Of a stretch of DNA of 36,811 nucleotides, positions 1 to 9,038 are shown piece after piece; positions within the stretch are counted from its first letter, which is position 1; each line of letters starts with the position of its first letter. A model generated the notes under the pieces. That model saw nothing but the letters and a program-made list of their open reading frames with translations. It made no database searches and had not been told where the DNA came from. A program made the position numbers and the translations under genes. The stretch spans positions 1-36,811 of the forward strand of contig JBECKU010000016.1 in assembly GCA_040235385.1 (NCBI GenBank). The letters are read 5' to 3'. Origin of the DNA: Candidatus Sulfobium sp. GTDB lineage: Bacteria > Nitrospirota > Thermodesulfovibrionia > Thermodesulfovibrionales > UBA6898.

Positions 1-58
1 TTATTACATATCGGCCGTTTTAGGTCTCTCCAATATTCCCAAGGAGGAAATCGTCAAA

Positions 59-1366
59 ATGGGTCTTGCAACATTCAAGGGCGGCATCCATCCGCCGGAT
101 AAAAAAGAATTATCGGCACAAACTCCAATCACCGAAGCCAGCCCTCCCAAAATAGTCATAATTCCCTTAAGCCAGCACGCAGGAGCGCCCTGTAAACCGC
201 TCGTAGAGATAGGACAGGAGGTTAAAAAAGGCGAACTCATCGGCGAACCGGGAGGTTTTGTGTCTGCGCCGGTTCATTCATCCGTTTCGGGCAAGGTGGT
301 CGCGATAGGTGAATTTCTGAACGCAATGGGAAGGATGGTCAATTCCGTCGTCATCGAAAATAATATGAAAGAGGAATGGGCCGCCCTTCAGGACAATCCC
401 GATTACATGGACCTCTCTCCCGATGTATTGAAAGAGAAAATAAAAGCTGCCGGGATCGTCGGACTCGGGGGTGCGGCATTTCCGACATCGGTAAAACTTT
501 CCCCTCCGAAGGAGAAACCCATTGATGCGGTCCTGATCAACGGGGCTGAATGCGAACCGTATCTTACGGCCGATTACAGACTGATGATCGAAAAGCCCGC
601 CGAGATCGTCGAAGGCCTGAAGATACTGATGAAGGTCCTGAACGTCACAAAGGGATATATCGGGATTGAAAATAACAAGCCTGATGCAGTTGCAAAAATG
701 AAGGAAGCGGTCTCGGGTGAATCGGGAATCGAGGTCCTCGCCCTGGAAGTCATATATCCCCAGGGGGCGGAGAAGATGTTGATCAGGGCGATCGTCGGGA
801 GGGAAGTGCCACCCCGGGGTCTTCCCATGGATGTCGGCGTCGTTGTACAGAACGTTGGAACCGCCCTATCCATTTACGAAGCTGCTCGGTACGGCAAACC
901 TCTGATCGAGAGGGTCGTCACCGTTACGGGTGAGGGGATCAAAGAGCCCAGGAACCTGATGGTGAGGATCGGCACCAAGATATCGGAACTTATAGAGGAA
1001 TGCGGAGGCTTCAAGGATGTTGCCGCTAAGGTAATAGCCGGAGGTCCGATGATGGGATTTGCTCTGTCAAATCTTGATATTCCAGTACAAAAAGGCACAT
1101 CCGGTGTCCTCGTCCTGCCCGAAGAAGGCGTCCTGCACGCCGAAGATTACGGTCCCTGCATACGCTGCAGCAGGTGCATAGACGTTTGTCCGATGGGATT
1201 GACACCGTCCGCACTGAGCATACTCTCAGAAAAAGGCCAGTTCGAAGAGGCGAAAGAATATAACCTCTTTGACTGTTTCGAATGCGGCTCATGCGCTTTT
1301 GTCTGCCCGTCGAAAAGGCCCATTGTTCAGCTCGTGCGGTTAGCGAAATCCATGGTAAAGCCTTAA
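59..1366 (+). CDS. rnfC: Rnf electron-transport complex subunit C
   Basis: 435-aa ORF with an AAGGAGG Shine-Dalgarno upstream. It has a GLGGAAFPT nucleotide/flavin-binding-type core and two C-terminal 4Fe-4S motifs (CIRCSRCIDVCP, CFECGSCAFVCP). It is the first gene of an rnfCDGEAB array. Confidence 0.93.
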   Translation: MGLATFKGGIHPPDKKELSAQTPITEASPPKIVIIPLSQHAGAPCKPLVEIGQEVKKGELIGEPGGFVSAPVHSSVSGKVVAIGEFLNAMGRMVNSVVIENNMKEEWAALQDNPDYMDLSPDVLKEKIKAAGIVGLGGAAFPTSVKLSPPKEKPIDAVLINGAECEPYLTADYRLMIEKPAEIVEGLKILMKVLNVTKGYIGIENNKPDAVAKMKEAVSGESGIEVLALEVIYPQGAEKMLIRAIVGREVPPRGLPMDVGVVVQNVGTALSIYEAARYGKPLIERVVTVTGEGIKEPRNLMVRIGTKISELIEECGGFKDVAAKVIAGGPMMGFALSNLDIPVQKGTSGVLVLPEEGVLHAEDYGPCIRCSRCIDVCPMGLTPSALSILSEKGQFEEAKEYNLFDCFECGSCAFVCPSKRPIVQLVRLAKSMVKP

Positions 1367-1377
1367 GGAGAATAGAG

Positions 1378-2412
1378 ATGGAAGCGACGAAAAAAGAGCA
1401 TCAGCTGATAGTATCGGTAAGTCCTCACGTCAAGAGCGAGGAGACTACGAGCCGCATCATGTGGACGGTAAGCCTGGCCCTTCTGCCGGCGCTCTTTTCC
1501 GGAGTGTACTTCTTCGGCTTAAAGGCGCTTTTCATTACAGCCCTCTGTATAGCTAGTTCGATATTTTTCGAGTACTACTATCTTAAAATAGTGGGCAAGA
1601 AATCCATGGTGGGGGACGGGAGCGCCGTTCTGACCGGGATTCTGCTGGGCATGAATATGCCTGCATCCCTCTGGTCTTTTTCACCGTTCACCATTCACAT
1701 TCCGATCATCGCTTCGTTCATAGCGGTGGTTATCACCAAGCAGCTCTTCGGCGGACTCGGCTATAATGTGTTCAACCCCGCCCTCATCGGCAGGGCCTTC
1801 GCTCTCATATCCTGGCCGAGGGCCATGACGATCTGGATGGAGCCGGTTTCATCATTTGTTGCGCTGGATGCAAAGACAACGGCCACCCCGCTTGGAATTC
1901 TCAAAGAAGAGGGAATGCCTGAATTACTGAAGGTCTTTGGGGACAAGATAAGCCTCTACCAGCATCTCCTCACAGGTAACGTGGCAGGTTCCATAGGTGA
2001 GACCTCTGCCATCGCACTCCTGATCGGCGGGCTCTTTCTCCTGTTCAAGAGATACATCACGTGGCATATCCCCGTGTCCTTTCTGGCCACTGCCGGGATC
2101 ATCGCATGGATCGCGGGAGGAAAGGAAGGACTTTTCACCGGAGACCCCCTGGTCCATCTGATCAGCGGGGGAATGATGCTCGGGGCATGGTTCATGGCAA
2201 CGGACTATGTCACCTCCCCGTCGCAGAGGAAGGGACAGCTAATTTTCGGCATAGGCTGCGGAGCCTTGACCATGCTCATAAGGCTTAAAGGAGGCTTTCC
2301 GGAAGGTGTTATGTTTGCCATATTATTGATGAACTGTTTTGCTCCGCTCCTGGACCGGGGATTTAAATCAAGAGTATTCGGAGCGGTAAAACCTGCCAGG
2401 GCAAAGGAGTAA
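1378..2412 (+). CDS. rnfD: Rnf complex subunit D (NqrB/RnfD family membrane protein)
   Basis: The ORF track starts at 1282, inside rnfC. The ATG at 1378 follows AAGGAGAATAGAG and the rnfC stop. The product is polytopic and hydrophobic with the FMATDYVTSP motif typical of RnfD/NqrB. Confidence 0.9.
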   Translation: MEATKKEHQLIVSVSPHVKSEETTSRIMWTVSLALLPALFSGVYFFGLKALFITALCIASSIFFEYYYLKIVGKKSMVGDGSAVLTGILLGMNMPASLWSFSPFTIHIPIIASFIAVVITKQLFGGLGYNVFNPALIGRAFALISWPRAMTIWMEPVSSFVALDAKTTATPLGILKEEGMPELLKVFGDKISLYQHLLTGNVAGSIGETSAIALLIGGLFLLFKRYITWHIPVSFLATAGIIAWIAGGKEGLFTGDPLVHLISGGMMLGAWFMATDYVTSPSQRKGQLIFGIGCGALTMLIRLKGGFPEGVMFAILLMNCFAPLLDRGFKSRVFGAVKPARAKE

Positions 2413-2415
2413 GAG

Positions 2416-3054
2416 ATGACTGCAAAAGATATTATAAAGGTGACCTTAAATCTTGTCATAGTCTATCTTGTAGGAGGGATTATTCTGTCCCTCGTCTATG
2501 CGAAGACCTCTCCCATAATCTTCAAGAACAACGAAGAAGCCAAGAAGAAGGCGCTTCAGCAGCTCATGCCCGAGGCCGACAGCATCAAGATAGCCGGAGA
2601 ATGGAGCCCCCATGGAAAGCACGCCGAATATTTTGTCGCAAAAAAGGGAGGCGAGACCATAGGCTATGTGGTCCAGTCCTTCGGGAAAGGCTATTCGAGC
2701 TACATCGATACTCTGGTATCAGTGAACAGGGATTTTAAGGTACAGAAGATCGACATCCTCCATCATGCCGAAACTCCGGGACTGGGAGATGAAATCCAGT
2801 TGCCCTATTTTAAAGATCAGTTCGCGGGCAAGGACCTTGATCATCTGAAAGTAGTGAAGACCGAAACGCCCGGTTACATTCAGGCCATATCTGGGGCAAC
2901 CATTTCGAGCAGGGCGGTAACCGAGGATGCCGTAAAAAACGGAGTCAAATTCCTAATGGAGAAACGTGAAGAAGGGCCTTTGGAAGAAATGGCCCCGGAA
3001 AAAGGATCTGAAGAAAAAGGGGGAAACGAAGATGTCGCAAACAAACACAGTTAG
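2416..3054 (+). CDS. rnfG: Rnf complex subunit G (FMN-binding)
   Basis: One N-terminal TM helix and the ISGATISS flavinylation-type motif. It sits between rnfD and rnfE. The acidic, Lys-rich C-terminal tail is atypical. Confidence 0.9.
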   Translation: MTAKDIIKVTLNLVIVYLVGGIILSLVYAKTSPIIFKNNEEAKKKALQQLMPEADSIKIAGEWSPHGKHAEYFVAKKGGETIGYVVQSFGKGYSSYIDTLVSVNRDFKVQKIDILHHAETPGLGDEIQLPYFKDQFAGKDLDHLKVVKTETPGYIQAISGATISSRAVTEDAVKNGVKFLMEKREEGPLEEMAPEKGSEEKGGNEDVANKHS

Positions 3055-3661
3055 TTACAAAGAACTGATCTTCAATGGTATCGTCAAAGAAAATACGATA
3101 TTCAAGCTCGCCCTCAGCCTGTGTCCCTCTATTGCAGTAACCAACAACCTGAAAAACGGGGTGCTCATGGGGGTCGCGGTCCTCTTCGTCCAGGTAATGG
3201 TGAACCTGACGATCTCTGCTCTCAGGTCGGTGATCCATCCAAAAGTGAGGCTCCCGATCTTCATGCTGGTTATCTCGGGCTGGGTTACCGTGACGGATAT
3301 GCTGATGGCAGCAGGTTTCCCCGAAGTATACAAGCAGATGGGCTTATATATCCAGCTTATCGTCGCCTTTGCCTCCATACTTGCACGCGCAGAGATGTTC
3401 GCGAGCAAAAACAAGGTCGGTCCTTCAATGGCCGACGGCATCGGCATGGGCATCGGTTTTCTCTTTGCCCTTACCGTAATCAGCTTCTTCAGGGAATTGT
3501 TAGGCAAAGGGTCGCTCTGGGGCTTCCCCATCGTCAACACCAAGCCCCTTCTGATAATGATCCTGCCGGCGGGCGGTTTTTTCGCGGTAGGAATTCTCAT
3601 GGGCTTTTTCAACTGGATAGATACCCGGTATATGAAAAAAGGCGCGCACGCATCGCATTAA
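3032..3661 (+). CDS. rnfE: Rnf complex subunit E
   Basis: The ATG at 3032 (MSQTNTVSYKEL...) is preceded by AAAGGGGGA. The longer track ORF (2966) lies inside rnfG. Supporting motifs are LALSLCPSIAVTNN and the polytopic NqrD/RnfE-like profile. Confidence 0.9.
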   Translation: MSQTNTVSYKELIFNGIVKENTIFKLALSLCPSIAVTNNLKNGVLMGVAVLFVQVMVNLTISALRSVIHPKVRLPIFMLVISGWVTVTDMLMAAGFPEVYKQMGLYIQLIVAFASILARAEMFASKNKVGPSMADGIGMGIGFLFALTVISFFRELLGKGSLWGFPIVNTKPLLIMILPAGGFFAVGILMGFFNWIDTRYMKKGAHASH

Positions 3662-3676
3662 TAAGGAGGAGTTCAA

Positions 3677-4270
3677 ATGAGCAGCGATTTTACAAGAATT
3701 TTTGAACTTGTTATATCGGCTTCGCTGATAAACAATTTCGTTTTCACGCGATTTCTTGGTCTCTGCATTTTCTTCGGCGTCTCCAAGAAAATGGAGACCG
3801 CTGTAGGAATGAGTATTACCTTTACTGCGGTCATGATGATCAGCGCCGCCCTGAGTTGGGTAATATTCACGCTTGTCATGATACCTCTCGAGATCACCTT
3901 CCTGAAGATAATTGTGTTTATTGGGGTAGTCGCAGGGCTTGTTCAGGCGTCCGATACGATCATGAGAAAAGTATCTCCCGGTCTTTACTATAAACTCGGC
4001 ATCTACCTCGCTCTTATCTCGACGAACTGCATAATCCTGGCGGTTCCGCTGGTAAATGCCGGAGAAAATTACAGTTTCATAGAGAGCATCGCATTCGGTC
4101 TTGGCTCCGGCCTCGGCTTTGCGCTGGCCCTCGTTATTATGGCTAGTATCCGTGAAAAACTCGAGATAGCAGACGTCCCGGCCCCTTTCAAGGGTCTGCC
4201 GATGGCATTCGTGATAACAGGTCTCATTGCGCTTGCCTTTACAGGTTTTTCGGGGCTGATAACACTGTAA
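3677..4270 (+). CDS. rnfA: Rnf complex subunit A
   Basis: 197-aa polytopic protein with the NNFVFTRFLGLC motif typical of RnfA/NqrE. AAGGAGG lies upstream. Confidence 0.92.
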   Translation: MSSDFTRIFELVISASLINNFVFTRFLGLCIFFGVSKKMETAVGMSITFTAVMMISAALSWVIFTLVMIPLEITFLKIIVFIGVVAGLVQASDTIMRKVSPGLYYKLGIYLALISTNCIILAVPLVNAGENYSFIESIAFGLGSGLGFALALVIMASIREKLEIADVPAPFKGLPMAFVITGLIALAFTGFSGLITL

Positions 4271-4335
4271 TTTTATGCTTATCTATAGTAAAATATTTAT
4301 AAATGTCGGAAGCCAACAGTTTTTTGAGGTGAACC

Positions 4336-5502
4336 ATGTTTGACCTATCAACGGAAATTGTTTCATTAGTCCACCAATTGTTCCAGGCAGTCGGACACGA
4401 TATACCTGTGCCTCTCGCGGGCGTGGGCGGGGGGGTTGAAGCCAAGGAACATATCGACGTCGTGCCGCTCGTAAAATTCACCCTCATTTTCCTCGCGGGA
4501 TTGGGCACGGTCTTCGGACTCGGTCTAGCCTTTGCTGCAAAGAGATTTTCGGTCCAGATCGACCCGAGAGTCGAAAAAGTAAAAGATGTTCTTGCCCATG
4601 CGCACTGCGGCGCCTGCGGTTATGCAGGATGCGAACAATATGCGGAGGCCGTTGTCAACAACCCTGACGTCCCGCCGAACCTTTGTGTTCCTGCGGGGGC
4701 CAAGGCCGCCGAGGCCGTTGCGCTTATTACGGGGAAAAAGGCCGAGGTCAGAGAACCCCAATTCGCCAGGATAATGTGTCAGGGCGGATCTTCAAAGTCC
4801 GCAAAGAGATTCAAGTATGAGGGTGTTAAGGATTGCAGGGCAGCTATCCTCGCCGGTGGAGGCGATAAGGCCTGCAGGTACGGCTGTCTCGGATACGGGA
4901 CCTGTTCGAGGGTATGTCCGTTCGGTGCCATAACAATGACGGAGGACAATCTTCCCTTTGTTGATATTACCAAGTGCACGGGATGCAGAAAATGCGAGGC
5001 CGCGTGTCCCACAAAAGTCATAGAAGTGCTTCCTGCTTCCAGGCAGGTACTCGTCACCTGTCATTCGAAAGACAAGGGAGGGGACACCCGCAAAAACTGT
5101 GATGTCGGCTGTATAGCGTGCGGGATATGCGTCAAGGTATGTCCCTTCGATGCCCCAACAGTAACGAATAATCTCTCCAGAATAGATCTCGATAAGTGCA
5201 AGGTATGCGGATTGTGCGTCCCGAAGTGCCCTACAAAGGCAATAACGGATTTCATCCCTCAGAGGTCAAAGGCGTTCGTTATGGACAACTGCATCGGGTG
5301 TCAGATCTGCGCTAAAGTCTGTCCTGTCGATGCGCCTTCCGGAGAGCTCAAGAAGATGCATTCCATAGATAAAGACAGATGCATAGGTTGCGGGATTTGC
5401 ACTGCAAAATGCCCGGTTCAGGCCATCGACGGCACGTTCAATGCTCCGGAAGTATTCGCTGCAGCCGCGGAAAAAAAGAAGAAGAAGGCTGAAGCAGCCT
5501 AA
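4336..5502 (+). CDS. rnfB: Rnf complex subunit B, polyferredoxin-type
   Basis: It has a TM helix (FLAGLGTVFGLGLAFAAKRF), the RnfB-type N-terminal cluster motif HCGACGYAGC, and six CxxCxxCxxxCP-like 4Fe-4S motifs. About 43 aa precede the TM helix, so an internal GTG at 4462 is an alternative start. Confidence 0.88.
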   Translation: MFDLSTEIVSLVHQLFQAVGHDIPVPLAGVGGGVEAKEHIDVVPLVKFTLIFLAGLGTVFGLGLAFAAKRFSVQIDPRVEKVKDVLAHAHCGACGYAGCEQYAEAVVNNPDVPPNLCVPAGAKAAEAVALITGKKAEVREPQFARIMCQGGSSKSAKRFKYEGVKDCRAAILAGGGDKACRYGCLGYGTCSRVCPFGAITMTEDNLPFVDITKCTGCRKCEAACPTKVIEVLPASRQVLVTCHSKDKGGDTRKNCDVGCIACGICVKVCPFDAPTVTNNLSRIDLDKCKVCGLCVPKCPTKAITDFIPQRSKAFVMDNCIGCQICAKVCPVDAPSGELKKMHSIDKDRCIGCGICTAKCPVQAIDGTFNAPEVFAAAAEKKKKKAEAA

Positions 5503-5529
5503 AACAAAATCAGGATATCATTTTTTTGT

Positions 5530-5553
5530 GAGGCCCTCTTCCGGGCCTCTTTT
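5530..5553 (+). terminator. Rho-independent terminator after rnfB
   Basis: GAGGCCC-tcttcc-GGGCCTC forms a 7-bp GC-rich stem followed by TTTT, 28 nt after the rnfB stop. Confidence 0.7.
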
Positions 5554-5700
5554 CATTCGGGACTTTCTCTAAGAGGGAGAATAAATCAAGAAAAGCATTT
5601 GGGATGCGGACTGACGCAGATGAACGCGGACCCCTAAGACTTTTAAGCTTTTCAGAAATCACCGCTTGACTTCTTCCATTGTTAAAGTTTATTTTTTTTA

Positions 5701-5949
5701 ATGGACACTTCTTCGAAATTTGCGGTTGTTGCCGGTATTGTTTTTTTTACGGTCCTGATCAATTTTCCCTTCGGTTATCTGCGGAATAAGACAAAGAAAT
5801 TTTCTTTGAAGTGGTTTCTCTGCATCCATTTACCCATACCCCTCATATTTCTTGCACGAATCTCCGCTCATCTCAGCTACAGGTATATCCCTCTGTTTGT
5901 TCTTGCCGCGCTTGCCGGGCAGATCCTGGGCGGGAAAATAGAGCTTTAA
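5701..5949 (+). CDS. Small hydrophobic membrane protein of unknown function
   Basis: 82-aa ORF with about 3 predicted hydrophobic helices. It ends 3 nt before the start of the next gene. I recognise no family. Confidence 0.45.
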   Translation: MDTSSKFAVVAGIVFFTVLINFPFGYLRNKTKKFSLKWFLCIHLPIPLIFLARISAHLSYRYIPLFVLAALAGQILGGKIEL

Positions 5950-5952
5950 TCA

Positions 5953-6969
5953 TTGCTTTCCGCGATACTTTCAAGACCCGGTACGATCGAATTGCAAAAT
6001 GTCGAAGTGCCCGCTCCCTCGGAAGGCGAACTCCTTATTGAAGTAAAATCATCTCTTACGTGCGGCACAGACCTAAAAGCATTTCTGAGGGGACATTACC
6101 TCATTCCCATGCCCGGACCTTTCGGCCACGAATTCTCCGGTATCGTTGCTGATAAAGGCAAAAACGTTAGCTCCTTCAAAATCGGTGATGCAGTAATGGC
6201 GGTCCACAGCGCTCCCTGCCGGAGCTGTTCATTTTGCAAAAAAAGACTTTACAACCTCTGCGAAAATCTCATGTCCGATAAAGTGCTCGGGGCTTTCTCA
6301 AAATATGTGTTGCTCCCGAAAAAAATAGTTCGGCAGAACGTCTTCAGAAAGCCGGAGAGCTTAAGTTTCAGAGAGGCCTCGTTCCTCGAGCCGTTGTCGT
6401 GCGTTGTCCATGCAGTCGATCCCCTGCCTCTCGGAAAGAACGATACAGTATTCATAATAGGCGCAGGACCGATCGGCCTTCTCCATCTTCTTCTCGCGAA
6501 GGCGAAGGGCGCTAAGGCAATCATCACCGGACTCGAAGCAAAACGCCTGAAGACCGCAAAAAAACTTGGGGCCGACCTTGCCTTCGAGCCGTCTCATACG
6601 ATCAGATCGGTGCGCGAGTTTACGGGGGGCATGGGTGCGGACTATGTTTTCGAGTGCACTGGACAGCCCTTTATTTGGGAGGCCTCCGTAGATTATGTCA
6701 GGAAAGGGGGGACGGTTGTACTCTTCGGCGGCTGCAAATCCGGCACCGTAGTGAAGTTCGGAACGGACAGGATCCATTACGATGAGATCACTCTGAAGGG
6801 CTCCTTTCATTTCGCGCCTTCCGATGTAAAGAAAGCTTTCATGCTCCTTAAAAACAGGAAAGTGGCCGTCAAGAAGCTTGTATCAGGAAGATATAAATTG
6901 GACGGCATACATGAAGCCTTTTCCCGGCTGGCCAAAGGCGACGGCATAAAGTACGAGATAGTTCCTTAA
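5953..6969 (+). CDS. Zn-dependent alcohol dehydrogenase (MDR family; sorbitol/threonine dehydrogenase-like)
   Basis: TTG start. Catalytic Zn motifs are CGTDLKAF and GHEFSGIV. The structural Zn motif is CRSCSFCKKRLYNLC. The Rossmann motif is GAGPIGLL. Confidence 0.88.
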   Translation: MLSAILSRPGTIELQNVEVPAPSEGELLIEVKSSLTCGTDLKAFLRGHYLIPMPGPFGHEFSGIVADKGKNVSSFKIGDAVMAVHSAPCRSCSFCKKRLYNLCENLMSDKVLGAFSKYVLLPKKIVRQNVFRKPESLSFREASFLEPLSCVVHAVDPLPLGKNDTVFIIGAGPIGLLHLLLAKAKGAKAIITGLEAKRLKTAKKLGADLAFEPSHTIRSVREFTGGMGADYVFECTGQPFIWEASVDYVRKGGTVVLFGGCKSGTVVKFGTDRIHYDEITLKGSFHFAPSDVKKAFMLLKNRKVAVKKLVSGRYKLDGIHEAFSRLAKGDGIKYEIVP

Positions 6970-7259
6970 ACTTCAGCCCGTCTTCCTTCCCTTTATCAGG
7001 CATAAATTGTCTGCCCGGAACCTGTCGCAGCGCCCCCTACCCTTGTTGCATTAATATTGAACTTCCGTGCAACAATTCGTAAAGATCGGTACCGACTTGC
7101 ATAGTCGATATGGTTTCATGCGCGCAAATATAATTATGAACTGACAAAATGGTAAAATACATATCTGTGAATACTATAACTCACAGAGAGTTTATGAATA
7201 GTGTGGGTTATGAGAAAGATCTCTATTTCGTCTCTGATCGGGAATTCAAGGAACTGTAA

Positions 7260-8282
7260 TTGAAAGTAGCGAAATTCTATAGTTTTCGTGATATCCGAAT
7301 CGAAGAGATGCCCGTTCCCCGGCCTGGAAACGACGAGGTGGTGATTAAAACACGGGCTTGCGGCGTCTGCTCCGGGGATGTCATGCCCTGGTACATCGAG
7401 AAGAAAGCCCCCCTGGTACCGGGCCATGAGGCAGTGGGGGAAATCGTCGAAACAGGGAAAAACGTATCAGCCTATCGTTCCGGCGACAGGATATTTCCCC
7501 ACCATCACGCCCCTTGCATGCACTGCCGGTACTGCAACCGGGGCGATCATGTCCAATGTGACACGTGGAGAAGCTCGAGAATTTTCCCTGGCGGGCTTTC
7601 CGAATTCATCCTGGTCCCTTCTATAATCCTTCAGAACGATACGATCGTACTCCCTGAAGACATAGGTTATGACGATGGAGCGCTGATCGAGCCGACAGCC
7701 TGCGCTGTAAAAGGATTCCGGAGAACGCGTTTCAGGCGGGGGGACACTGTTTTGATAGTCGGACTCGGCGTAATGGGAATGTTGAATCTTCTCGTTGCGA
7801 GGGCATACGGCGCCGGCAGGGTCATCGGGGCCGACTCGGTAAAATTTCGGCTTGAAAAGGCACTGGAGCTGGGTGCTGATGACGTGATAGACGTGTCGCG
7901 GGCACCTCTCTGTGATACATTGAAGGAGGTGACAAAGGGGGACATGGCCGAGTTGGTCATCGTCGGGCCGAACAGCGTCGATGCAATGACCGAGGGATTG
8001 AAATGTGCCGGGGCGGGAGGGGATGTCCTGTTTTTCACTCCGGCAAAGCCGGGTGAAGAACTGCGCATTGATCCGAATTTTTTATATTTCAGGGACATAA
8101 ACGTGATAACCAGTTACTCATGCGGTCCGAAGGAAACCATCGCCGCGTGTAAACTTATCGAACAGGGAGATGTATCCGCCGCGAAAGTGGTGACACACAG
8201 GTTTCCAATAGAAGAGACTGCTGAAGCCTTCACTCTCACAGCGGCCGCACAAAACTCGCTGAAGGCGCTGATTGTTTTCTAA
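7260..8282 (+). CDS. Zn-dependent alcohol dehydrogenase (MDR family), paralogue of the preceding one
   Basis: TTG start. Motifs are CGVCSGDV, GHEAVGEIV, structural Zn CMHCRYCNRGDHVQC, and Rossmann GLGVMGML. Confidence 0.88.
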   Translation: MKVAKFYSFRDIRIEEMPVPRPGNDEVVIKTRACGVCSGDVMPWYIEKKAPLVPGHEAVGEIVETGKNVSAYRSGDRIFPHHHAPCMHCRYCNRGDHVQCDTWRSSRIFPGGLSEFILVPSIILQNDTIVLPEDIGYDDGALIEPTACAVKGFRRTRFRRGDTVLIVGLGVMGMLNLLVARAYGAGRVIGADSVKFRLEKALELGADDVIDVSRAPLCDTLKEVTKGDMAELVIVGPNSVDAMTEGLKCAGAGGDVLFFTPAKPGEELRIDPNFLYFRDINVITSYSCGPKETIAACKLIEQGDVSAAKVVTHRFPIEETAEAFTLTAAAQNSLKALIVF

Positions 8283-8410
8283 TGAACGGTCCAATCCCCC
8301 GGCTCATGAGGAGGGGCGCCGCATGGAACCTCCATGACCGATGTAAGGCGAATATGCTCAGTCATATATTTGCGATATAAACCGTTATTCATTGGACAAG
8401 GAGTTTGCGG

Positions 8411-8890
8411 ATGACAAAAAAATCTTCTGAAATGATATCGTCCTGTGAAACAGGAATAGCGAAACCATCCCGCCTGAAGAGCAAAAAATCGGCTTTTTAC
8501 AGGCATCTCGGAGACTTTCGTTGGCGCGGAGTAAGGAAAGAAGCGTACAAATCTGTCGATGACAGCTGGTCCGGCGTATGCAGAAAGGTATTGATCGGTT
8601 CTCACGGTGAGGATACAAATTTCCATGTACGATACTTCGAAATCTCTCCCGGAGGGTACAGCAGTCTGGAGACCCATCAACACGAACATGTAATAATTTG
8701 CGTAAAAGGGGAAGGGATTGCAAGGACCGGTAAAAAGAAGATAAAGATCGGTTTTATGGATACGGTCTTTGTAGCCCACTATGCACTGCATCAGCTCTCC
8801 AATCCTTTTGATGGTCCGTTCGGGTTTCTCTGCATAGTTACCGCCAGAAGGGACAATCCCCGAATAGTACGCTCCAAATCTTCGAAATAA
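8411..8890 (+). CDS. Cupin-domain protein
   Basis: Cupin_2-like core FEISPGGYSSLETHQHEHVIICVKGEG ... HQLSNP. The ATG at 8411 is 2 codons into the track ORF, which begins with TTG at 8405. Confidence 0.75.
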   Translation: MTKKSSEMISSCETGIAKPSRLKSKKSAFYRHLGDFRWRGVRKEAYKSVDDSWSGVCRKVLIGSHGEDTNFHVRYFEISPGGYSSLETHQHEHVIICVKGEGIARTGKKKIKIGFMDTVFVAHYALHQLSNPFDGPFGFLCIVTARRDNPRIVRSKSSK

Positions 8891-9038
8891 TGATTTTTCC
8901 GGAAGACAGTGCGCGACGAGAATATTTCATTTGCGTCCGCCTGTAACCGAACGCGGTGGTCTTTTCGAGCACGGATTTTCTTGTGTTGTTCAGGACCGAT
9001 ATTCTATTATATAAAATTATATTTTGAGGGAGCCTTGA

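Noticed and set aside
1282-1377. 5' extensions of track ORFs into upstream genes: 1282 for rnfD, 2966 for rnfE, 11378 for the kinase, 27475 for thiS, 28370 for the thi-operon membrane protein and 32112 for the peptidase.
   Set aside because: Internal ATG starts with an SD and with N-termini matching the family are available. The extensions overlap upstream genes or, for thiS, the riboswitch.
5595-5640. Short direct repeat GCGGAC ... GCGGAC (GATGCGGACTGACGCAGATGAACGCGGACCCC) downstream of the rnf terminator.
   Set aside because: It is only a 6-nt repeat with no clear structure or second copy in the window, which is too weak to call a feature.
7087-7101. Sigma-54-like CGGTAC-N4-TTGCA upstream of the second ADH, given the NtrC-type activator in the window.
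   Set aside because: The GG to GC spacing is one nucleotide short of the strict -24/-12 geometry and the -24 element is imperfect. A TGGCAT at about 32088 likewise lacks a correctly spaced GC.
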